DNA of 64,000 nucleotides from Sphyrna mokarran. Taxonomy: Eukaryota. This document shows, piece after piece, positions 53,511 through 64,000 of the stretch. The stretch lies in assembly GCA_024679065.1 (NCBI GenBank), contig JAGIQG010000004.1, forward strand, positions 91,264,001 to 91,328,000, given 5' to 3'. Numbering within the stretch: position 1 is the first letter of the stretch; every line of letters starts with the position of its first letter. Below the pieces are notes generated by a model that made no database searches, had not been told where the DNA came from, and saw nothing but the letters and a program-made list of their open reading frames with translations. The position numbers and the translations under genes are program-made.

Positions 53511-56369
53511 AAATCTAAAATGAATATCTGAAAAGAATGTGCACGTTTAATTTAGATAAGATAGGGACGTGGGATTAGGTAGAATGCTCATTCAGCAAGC
53601 AAGTGCAGACTTGACATGTCAAATTGCCTCCTTTTGCATTGTTAAGGTTCTATTGTTAATAGATTTATGCTTTTATTATAATATAGAAGACATTTTAGAT
53701 GTGTTTGTCAAAAATCCATCCATCAGTAATCCATCAATACAATTTCTGGGCTATATAATTTATTCTCGTATCTGTGGCAATGTGTTTCAAACACTGTTAG
53801 AGATTTATCTTTTCTTGAAGTATGAAATTACCAGCATAAAAAGAATGGCACTTAAATAAGTTGTACTCTTAAACAGATGCAACATGGTTAAGCCATAGAG
53901 TAGTTCAAAATAGGCTTCTACCCAACATTTCCCATTGATTTTTCCCAGTCAAGTAAAACAAGTCGTTTCTGAAGTTCTAGAAGCAAGTTGTCTGAACATT
54001 TTGACCATAGGTGTTGTGCAACCCAAAAGACACTAGGATTGGTAATGTTCAGTCCTTCTGATACTATCCATTGTCCTTGAGGGGCTGTAGAAACCTCTTT
54101 CTGTTCATTTCTGGATTTTTCCATGTATCTCCCTGGACACAATGATATTTCATGTTGTAAACTTCATCCAGAGTTTCCATTTCGCATTGTAGGGGTGAAG
54201 TATTTGTCCACTTCAAAATAATGCCAATCACATATTTGAATGCAAGGTGTCTCTGTATTGTAAGTTTCCATATTCCCAGCTTAAGACAGCACATCGTCAA
54301 ATAAAACACCAAATGGCAGATGTGTGGGGGTGCATTGATGCTCAAGGCCCAGGACATGAGCTGGAATGCAAAGATTCTTGAGAGAACTAATGCATTTGCT
54401 GATGGGAGAAACCCTGTTGTTAAATCTCTTGGGATATTAGGGGCATTATAAATTAAACTGCTGGTGCAGTAATTAAACGCATCCTTAAACTGTAAACATT
54501 AATCTCTTGCGTGTTGGGCCCTTTATTTTATCTTATCACTTTTCTGGCACCTACAAAAGCCCGTGACGCCGATTACCTTTTAGAGGGCTAACCTGCAACA
54601 TTTCTGCAAGAGGTGGAGTGGTGGATGCCATACAACTAAAACCATAAGAGGCAAAGGCTGAAAGTGAATTCCAATTTATTTCTCAGCTATGTTAATGAAA
54701 CTCCATGGCAGCCCTTATAATGACTGATATAATTACTTGTGTGAAGCAAGTACCTTTGCTGAAGTCCTCATTCCATCTCCTCCATGTAGAGCTGGAAGAG
54801 GTCCGTGCCTTTCAGCAGGCTACTTCCTGGGCAACTTTTGCAGCTGTTCACTAACCAAGTGATTTACATCAGAAAACCCATTTTGGAAAAATGACTTGCT
54901 TGTCTGATTTCCAGTCTTCCACAGATTACATATTGTTGTGCAAGAACAATACATTTCTCAATCACAACTTTAGGAATAATTATTTTGCCTGGAGTGTTCA
55001 GATGTCAGGTTTTGAATGCTTGGACTTTGATTTTAAATTAATGAAACAAGGATAGACAGAAATGAATTAAGTAATTACAGTAACAATGTACATGAAATTA
55101 GACATCCTGCTTCTAGCCTTAGAGCTACAATATCATCGCACTGAAAAGAGTCAGCTAATTATTATATATGCAGTATATAATTACAGAGTCTTTAGATAGC
55201 AGTGTTGTGATTTTTTAAAAAAGTAGGGTGAGGATTGTATACATAATTGAACCAAATTGCTGCTTTTGTTTTTAAGATGGAAATGAAATGCTAGTGTTAA
55301 GGGGAAGAGGACCAGGCAATTACTGATAACACTCTGTAGTGTCTAAGCCCAAGCCTCTTTCAAAAAGAATTAGTGACAGAGACTTTATGGATAATTACAA
55401 CAATAGTACATCTATAATTAGAGCCTGGACCATTTTTGCAGAAGAATACTGCTGTAAGGAAAATGTCCAGCAATCAGGCGCTGTACAAGTTGCTAGAAAT
55501 TTGTTAAAATCAAGTTCCACGTATTAACTATAACCATCGATGTTCTTATTCTGAAGGTATCAACTAATGGGAGTCAACTAATTGTTCATGAACTGTAACC
55601 ATCTTTTGTTACCTTTCCCGAACAGCCAATCCTCAAAAGTTAAATTAAAAATCAAGTGATTGCAGTTTATTTGAACACATGGAATCATCACAAACTGAAC
55701 ATAAATCCATACAGTGTCCCCAATCCCTTATATTTCAGTGTCCCAACATAGAATGTGACTTCTCCATGCTGACAGCACAGGGTACAGATCCTATCCCAAA
55801 TTCTGCAAATGGAGTGAGCTCACCTACCGTTTCAACTTGGAATGCCACTCAGCTATTACAGTAGAGAGGACTCAGAATCCCCTTCCAGCCTGATACGCAC
55901 CTGGGGGATCTCATCAGAACTTCGGGTCACTTTATGGTGCAAAGGATTGCATTCTGGAATAGATGACTTTTTTTTTATATCCAAGCTACCTCTTGTAAGA
56001 CTGGCTCAGATTAGTTATTGAAATACAGACTGGAAATTTTAACCTGAGGCCCTTGCGGTTAACGTGGATTGGTAGTACCATTTCTAGCCTTGTATTTTAA
56101 TAATAAGCCAATCAGAAAGTCTTTGAATTGTAAATTCCTCCAAGCAAATATTGCAGGGGTGCAGGAGTTTCATATGCTATACTCCTTAGGCAATGACTTG
56201 GGATCAAGGCTAGCTTGCTTTCACTCTATTTAGATGGTGCCTCATGTAGCTGACAAGTCCAGTGCGTGATCTGCATACACTGTCACATATCAGGCCACTG
56301 AGTGTTTGAAGGGTCATGAAGATGTGCGCTCTCCAACGCATTGACTTTGCCTCTGCATACACCTAGCTA

Positions 56370-57208
56370 AGGGTCAGATTTTACCATCAGATTGCACCCA
56401 TTTTTGAGCATGAAAACTTGATAAAGTCGGGCATGAGACGAGTAGCATGATTCACACCTGCCTCCATGGTGGTTTTCCCTTTATCAAGGGCTTAAAATGG
56501 CCGCCATAGGGACCACGCCCAAAAGGGGCACAACGTCAATTGAAACGCATTTAACTTACCGGCATTTCTTCCTTTACCTCTGTGTTCATCCATCCAGATT
56601 TGGCATGAAACAGATATGTCCGCAAAGGTTCGATCTGGGCACTCCAGCTTCTGAAGAGGTAAATTCTGAGCATCCGGCAGCCCTCTGGCTCAGATCAGTG
56701 ATGGTGGGGAGGGTTTGTAAGGATAGGGAGGCAGGTCTCTGGTGGGGTGGGGAGGCCGGGTCAGATATCTCTCTGGTGGAGGAGGAGAGGGTGGGGGTGG
56801 GGTCTGCTGCCACTCTGCAAATGATTGGTGGGGGAGAAGTGGGGAAGGACTCATGATCACTCTTGGTGGCAGGGGTGTGGGTGGATAAGGGGGTCAGTTA
56901 TGTTATGGGTGGTGGTGTAATGTCTGTGGAGCCAAGAGGAAAACATTATCCAGTCTGGGAGCAATGTGGCAGGGGAGCATTTCTCTATCTTTTTTTTCTG
57001 CGCGTGCGCAGCTGGAGGCACCAATTGGAGCTGCAGTGTTTCAGGTGGCCCCACCTACAAGTTTCTGCAGCAAGATTTGGAATCGCTGCTATTTTTCAGG
57101 CAGAATGCATACGGGGGCACCTGAGAACAGGATTAAAATTCAGATCTGAAACACTACCAGTTTCAAGTCTGCCCAGTACTTGGAATTAAAATAGTAAAAT
57201 CAGTCCTA
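56370..57208. mobile_element. TIR-bounded non-autonomous element (inverted copy of the 49450-50616 family)
   Basis: gggtcagattttacca...tagtaaaatcagtcct; cagatctgaaacact.ccagtttcaa is the reverse complement of about 49493-49518. Confidence 0.7.
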
Positions 57209-57365
57209 ATTCTCTCAATGTTTTTGGTGCCTTCCCAAATAAACCTGCTCCACTTTGGTCAGTCACAAACTTGGGGTTGCCATGAGCTGGTTATAATATT
57301 TGATGCTTTGAAATATTTCCACTGTCTTCCCAAGAGTTTCCAGCTGTGACCGAGGTCTGAGTAGA

Positions 57366-57670
57366 TCATAGAATTCTACAGTGTAGAAGGAGGCCATTTG
57401 GCCAATCAAATCTGCACCAACCACAAACCCATCTAGGGTCTATTCCCATAACTGCCGGCATTTACTCTAGCTAGTCCCCCTGACATGAAGGGGCAACTTA
57501 GCATGCTAATCCATCCAACCTGCACATCTTTGGGAGAAAACTGGAGCACCCGGAACAAATCCATGCAGATACGAGGAGAACATGCAAACTCCACACAGAC
57601 AATGACTAAAGTGGGGAATTGAACCCAGGTCTCTGGCACTGTGCTAACCACTGTGCTGCCCTACCATGCT
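57366..57670 (-). mobile_element. HE1-like SINE
   Basis: Reverse-complement SINE core and tail. Confidence 0.85.
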
Positions 57671-59227
57671 GGTCAGAATAGAACAGTTACTTTACGAGTT
57701 TAGTGTCAGTCATGAAAATGTCTTGCCCAGCAGAGCTTGTTTTGAAAAATCAGCACTTCACTGTTTGCATGTTAGCTTGGAAGAAAACATTGCTATTGAA
57801 CAGCCTTTATTACCACCGAACTTGAAGGATTATGTGAAGATTTTGCTGGTGAGACTTCTCCACTGCTTCGGGGTGCTTGCTACAGATTGTCCAAATCTCT
57901 CAAACATATAAAGATGGTGTCAAGCTCTCAACTTCCTACCATGGAGTTAACAGCTTACACATTCCAATAATGCCATCTTGGGAAGAATACTCACTGAAAT
58001 TTAAAGGAGAGAAAGAAAAGAAAATAGCAAATCAAAAATAAAATGCAAGACATTGGACAATAGAGCCCACAAAAGAGTGGGCTCTTTTGTCCAAAGTGAC
58101 AACAGTTAAAGACCTATATGGCTAGGGTCAGAAGAAGGAGTGCAGTGAAAAATTTGACATTGTCAGAGCAACACGTGAAACATTACAGCCAAAATATTTC
58201 AATCAGGTATTGGCCACCTACAAATGACAATCAGATCCTGATAGATGTGGCAACTTCTTTAACCCGTCCATTCTAATTACCATCCCACAACCTAGAGGAG
58301 AACTTCATCTGTTCCCACATCTAGTGACTCCTAAAACAGGTTGTTAACCTGTCACCAGAAGCTTACAGTTTAAGGGACATCATTCTACCTCAAGGATAGC
58401 TAACCAGGTGTCCCTACTGCTCTTACCATCAGCCATTGGAAGGATTTGCAGGTTGACACACAAGATCTGTTTGATCACATTATAAACATACCTTCCCTGA
58501 TCATCCATTCCTAAGGTAGGATGCAAACCCAAAGCTTCTGGTTTAGAGCTAGGGATGTTACCCAGTGCATCACAAGCCTTCTCCTCTGCTAACCCCTGCC
58601 CACCTTCAGTTATGTTTTTTCATCATTTCCATTTGCAACTGTGGTATTACCTGGGGAAAGGCGAAGATGCAGGCCAGATTGAGAGTTTTCCCTAAAGAAG
58701 TTCCATTGGCTCCAGCCCTTGTACGCAACTGGAATATGGATTCAATAGTGTTATCTTCAAATAGCGAATCCATTTTGGAGTGATCAGTTGCCATTGGAAT
58801 ATTGGGAACTCCAGGAAAGAAGCCACTTTGAATAAACTTTTTGTTTGGAAACTTCATCTTGTCCACTTTACCCTCGTTCCTTGGCAAGATGCTGATCCCA
58901 AATTCCACTTGTCTCAGTCAACCTTTAAATAACCCTGGCTCCAGGATTTGGGACAAGACTCAGACATGATCAGGTAGTCACCAAAACTTTGCTCTATCAC
59001 ATTTCATTGCAAACATGTAAGCGTGCCTGGAGTTGCAATTCAATCTCTAAAATGCACAAAAATTGAGTGGGTCAAAACATATCATTTGATTTGTCAGCAT
59101 AGTATCAAGCCAAATTTGAATGGATGTGGGAATTCCTGCTCACTTTAAATATGATTGAATATTTTTAAAGTTGAAGAATTTTTAAAAGCCACTATCGGAT
59201 TTGGGGTTTACACATGCAACCCGGAAG

Positions 59228-59540
59228 CCCCTACAGAGCAGAAGGAGGTCATTCGGTTCATTGGGTGTTCACCAAACACAACCCCTACCCAGGCACTATT
59301 CCTCTAATCCCATATATTTACCCTGCTAGTCCCCTTAATTCTAAGGGGCAATTTAGCATGGCAAATCCACCTAACCTGCACGACTTTGGACTATCAGAAG
59401 AAACCAGTGCACCCAGAGGAAACACATGCAGGCATAGAAGAACGTGCAAACTCCACACAGACAATGACCCAAGGCTGAAATTGAACACAGATTCATGGTG
59501 CTATGAGGCAGCAGTGCTAACCACTGTGACGCCCCATGTC
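59228..59540 (-). mobile_element. HE1-like SINE
   Basis: Reverse-complement SINE core (aaggggcaatttagcatggc...gtgcaaactccacacagac...gcagcagtgctaaccactgtg). Confidence 0.85.
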
Positions 59541-62500
59541 TAAACATATATTAGTGTGATTCACAGCAAGATGCAACCAGCAACATGACAGGTATTGGCG
59601 CAGACATGATGTCTGCAATGACAGACCTGACACATAATGCATTTAAGACAGCGAGTGCAATTTGAGAAGGAGAAAGTATAAAAGCTATTTTTCAGCTTCT
59701 CATTGTCGGTGGGAGCCCTCACCAGGTGGAAATGCACCGTAGAAACTTGGGTAAGAACACTGTAATGTTCCACAGCCTTTAGTTTGAAATGATCATTTAG
59801 GATACACATTCTGACAGAAACAGTCAGAAAGTGATTTCCGTGACGCAAGTGTAGTGGGAAGTCAGGGTTTATTCTTGTTGATAGAGAACCCTAACAATAT
59901 ATTTATAATTAGACCACAAATGATTTACAAAAATAAATGAGACAACCCCAATAACAATGTGTCTATAATTAGATCTCCTGTACTCTTTTGTTTGTTGGAC
60001 TGATGTTTCCTGTTGTTATTTCTTCCCCGTTTCAGCAGTTAGGTCACACTGACATTGCCTCCTCGTCCAGCAATGCCTCAATTTCAAAATCCTCATCCTT
60101 TTCAAATCCCTCCTATCTCTGTCATCTCCCTTATCCCCACAACTCTCCTCGATATTTACGTTCCTGGATATTCGGGTCCCTTGAGCATCTTAGACTTTAA
60201 TTACTTCACCAGTAGTGGCCATGACTTCAGCTGCTGAAGCTAAAATCTGGAATGCCCTCTACCATCCCTAAATCTCTCTGTCGCTCTACCCTTCTCTTTA
60301 AAACCCATCTTGCTGAACAAGCTTTTGGACTCTTGTCCTCATGCTTCTTGTCCTCATGACTCGATGTCAAATTTTGTTTGATAACATCTGTATAAAGTAT
60401 CTTGCAACATTTTACATTGAAAATATTATATAAATGTAAATTGTTAACAAGGGTTCTTATGGATCAGATCAGAAAAGTCTTTTGTTTGGAGGACAAACAT
60501 TGAAACAACACTGATCAGCAATGACATAAAAGAATAAGAGGCAGTTATTATCTAACCCCAACTCATGGATTAAAAGTCAATTTTTCCATTATACCAAAAG
60601 CCAATCTTTCACACGCTTCAGCAATAATTGCTGAAGTTCTAACTTATAGATGGAATTGAATGCCTGTCTGTCCCACAACGTTGGAGGCCACAGGGCATTT
60701 AATTAGGCAGAATCAAGATGCTACCACATTCCTGCCTCTGATTTTTTTAAACTTTATTCCTTCCTTAAAGTTACAAAGCCGATGCTCAGAGTGGAACAGA
60801 CAGATCCAAATCCATTCCTTGCTTGCTCCAAAAACCAAATTCAAATTCCAATTGAATCCAATTTATGGTCTGTACAAGAGAGACAAACAACATCCAAGCC
60901 AACAAGATAAGCAACACATCCACCTGGGGCTTGATCTTAACCAAAAGGCCAAGAAATGATTAAATCTATAGTGGGAACAGCAGTGCTGCCAGCTGTTAAT
61001 TAAGATCCTGACTGGGCAACAAATGCAGGGTCAGGAAAGCCAGAAAAGCAAATGCCGTCAGTGCAACCCTGCTTCCGTGACCCCACCCCTTCATTGCACT
61101 CTCACTGTCCTTTGACCTCAGGCCCTTCACTTACCTTGGACCTATAGTGGATGCATTACCATGAGCTTCTGACACTCGGCAAAGGAGAACTATTGGGCTC
61201 TGATTGGCCAGCAGTCCTTCAGAGTGGACTTCTGAATCCTTGTTGGCCATATAAATGACTGATGGGCCACATTGACAATCAACCTGTTTAACCAAAATGA
61301 TGACAAATCTTCCATGGCATCAAGTCCTGAAATGAGACTTGAACAATGAATTTCTGGCCCAGAGATAGATACCACTACATTGAACCACAAGACCTCCACC
61401 AGAGAGGTATTTGGCTTCTACCCATCTACTTGTTAGAATGAATACTTCCTTACACTTTTCTGTTTACGGTAAAAGAAAAAAGTTTTTATTAACGTATCCA
61501 GGTGCTGCATGAACTGAAACTAGCAACTTGTTTAGCCCTATGACACATTGCGTTATAATGCCATTCACATTTACCTTTAACCTTGGCATTTTCTGCAAGA
61601 CATATCATGAACCGCCTATGAAATTTCACTTGATGGGGGGTGGATTTTCTGTCCTACCCAATATGGGAATCACAATGGGCAGGGGTGGACCATGCAAAGA
61701 TTATGACTGAGGGTGAGATTTTTCAGTTTTAGGGCAAGTGTGGTGGATAATCCCACCCCAGGAGTCTCAAATATCAGACTATTGTCTGGAACTAATGACC
61801 AAATATATTTACAAATGAGATAATGACACAGAAAAAAGATTACATCACGAGCAACTTGTACAGGTGTTGGAGTGTGGCAACTAGGAAATTTTCACAGTAA
61901 TTTCATTACAGTGTTAATATGAGTCTCATTGTGACACTAACAAATAAACTTTTAATACAATACTTGACATGGTACACAATATGTTGTTGATTTTTTGTTT
62001 GGAAAGTTTTTTGTCATGCTTTTCATAATTCCGAATTGGAATCTGTTAAACTGGTAACAACTTCCCAGAGAATTCCTCTTTGTCACCCTAATGTGGAAAT
62101 AATCAGCCAACACAGGATCTTGAAGCCTCTAGGGAAATTAGTTATTTCTTATGCAACTTTGAAAGCTCCAAAAATACATTTTGACACAACATCAAAGACA
62201 TTCCTGCAAGTCAAATGCAAAATAGTCTGACTCTTCCCTTGCAGTCCCGTGCCTGCCAACATCAGAAAGAATATATGGTTGAGTTTTGAACAGTGTAAAA
62301 CATCCCGGATGATTGAGCTGTTAGATGTTTATAAAACTGGGCTAGGCTTGCACATACATGCGCTGAGTTGAGGAAAGTTAATCCCACCTGTCTACACAAT
62401 AAATAGGCAAAATGGGATTTGAATAAGAGCACTCCTGGCTGGAGGAAGAAATTAATCTCTAGGTAGCGGCAACTCGTGAGCATCTTTTTGGCATTAATAA

Positions 62501-62559
62501 AATTATTCACAGAAAATTTAGCGATTGTTGTTTGTGGTAGGGTGGTCCTTTTAATGGGC

Positions 62560-64000
62560 AAAACTTTGCAGGTCACATGACCAGACCAGCTCCAATGGAG
62601 CCTATCTGGAGTGAGGGTTCACATCCCCAGGCTGCAATTGGAGTCAGGAATGGACCTGTATAGTTGTGCTCTTAAAATCCTCATTTCTCATTCAATAAAT
62701 CCTGCAGTTTGTTACTTGATGCATCAAGTTGCCTCGAGTTACTAAAATCGCAACAAAGATAAACCAGATCAGTGTAAGTCACACTGCAGATTTAGAGGGA
62801 AGGAGATCAATCAAACTTAAAGGGAAAAAAAGATACAGATTTCAGTTTTAAAGATGCTGCTTTTTGGGAAAACAAAGCCATTCGACTCTGAGTCGGGCAG
62901 AGATATTGCTATATTTCTTTTGTGACAAATAAAATAACTGCCAAAGCGAAACAGAAGACGATACCGCTCACAGTCCTTGGCCCATAAACTTACAACCTGG
63001 TAAGGAGTTTGATGTCACCCAAAACGCCAGGTACAAAAACTTTCAACCAGTTAATCAATTTAATTAAGGATCACTATAATCCTGTAATCATGCAAAGGAA
63101 CAAATTTCATTCTGCAGTTGGGGAGCCAGAAGAGATGGTCGGCAGCTTTGTGGCCAGATTTTAATTGCCCTCTGACTGCAGCAAGTTTGGACCGTCATTG
63201 GGAGACATGTTGAGGGATTGTTTGGTTTACGGGATCAACAACTCCAACACCCTAAAGAAGCTGCTGCTGAAACCAAGATTTCAATGGAGAAAGCAATAGA
63301 GGTGGCTCAAGCAACCAAGTGCACTGAGCAAGACTCATATGAGCAGCAAGGTATGCAGAGTGAGGTGAACCAAATATAACAAGAAAAGGCTGCTACTAGG
63401 AACAGCTTGAGTGAGGACGCAGTGGAGCCTGAAAAGAGTTGTACAGCACTGGGGTCTGAGTAATGTTTTTGATGTGGGGGAGATCACCCCGAGTGAGGTG
63501 TTGGTGTAAGAATTTTACCCATTTCAGATGTGGAAATGGTCACCTGCAAGCTAGTGAAGCAGGCCATACAGAGCACTCCAGAAAAGGGAAAAGTGAATTC
63601 AATCCCTGTGAATAAGTTGGCAGATGAATTAGATGGAGGATCCAAGACTTACATACTCAATCCCAACTCAACAATACATCACCCACCCATTGAAATTGGT
63701 TTAATCATTAACATCAGTCTCTGCAAATGGAAGTTGAGACAAGCACAGCGGCCATTGTCATAGGAGAAAAAAAACAATTCACACATCTCCAAGAGAGACT
63801 GCAATCCTTCAGTCTTAGTCATACTGAGACTTTGGCAACAGATACTGGCAGGACTCTGAAGATGGTGGGAACAACCTCTGTATCAGTATCCTATAGGAAA
63901 CAGCTCAGCTCCCATCATGGTGATTGAAGATCAGAGACCAAGTCTCATGGGATGAGACGGGTTAAAACAAATATAACTGAACTGACCGTAAATATTTAAT
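62560..64000 (+). mobile_element. Degenerate Gypsy (Mag-like) LTR retrotransposon: putative LTR end, gag and protease; continues beyond the window
   Basis: From ATG 62854: MLLFGK.KPFD...LTVLGP*TYNLVRSLMSPKTPGTKTFNQLINLIKDHYNP..QRNKFH...FGPSLGDMLRDCLVYGI (gag). MEVETSTAAIVI is a decayed aspartic-protease DTGA motif. aataaa and a PBS-like aaaatcgcaacaaagat lie upstream. Confidence 0.8.

Noticed and set aside
53918-54142. Tudor-like peptide (NITNPSVFWVAQ...NLLLELQKRL) on the minus strand
   Set aside because: No Tudor core (WYRA, DYG) was found in a compatible downstream exon, and its splice phases do not fit the other candidate exons.

Overview
Repeat-rich eukaryotic genomic DNA, most likely from a shark or other elasmobranch (HE1-type tRNA-SINEs, CR1-like LINEs and Penelope-like elements dominate). 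The + strand carries the last six coding exons of a MID2/TRIM1-type tripartite-motif E3 ligase gene: 2945-3093, 8511-8638, 13551-13694, 31081-31242, 41307-41514 and 43198-43603. They encode the end of the coiled coil, the COS box, FN3 and B30.2/PRY-SPRY. All splice sites are GT-AG and the phases join into one ORF. The introns and downstream region hold decayed CR1/L2 LINEs, SINEs, GC-rich MITE-like elements, Penelope-like (GIY-YIG) retroelements, a 33-bp minisatellite and a degenerate Gypsy LTR element at the right edge. Most notable: (1) four Penelope-associated minimal hammerhead-ribozyme motifs with covarying stems in MID2 introns; (2) Penelope insertions with inverted arms, target-site duplications and snap-back hairpins at the junctions; (3) a candidate in-frame 9/18-nt microexon between the COS and FN3 exons; (4) an inverted, internally re-inverted duplication at the window start; (5) a speculative convergent 3-exon ORF downstream. 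Most short ORFs in the supplied track are not real genes. Comparisons with human proteins and repeat consensus sequences are from memory and were not computed.
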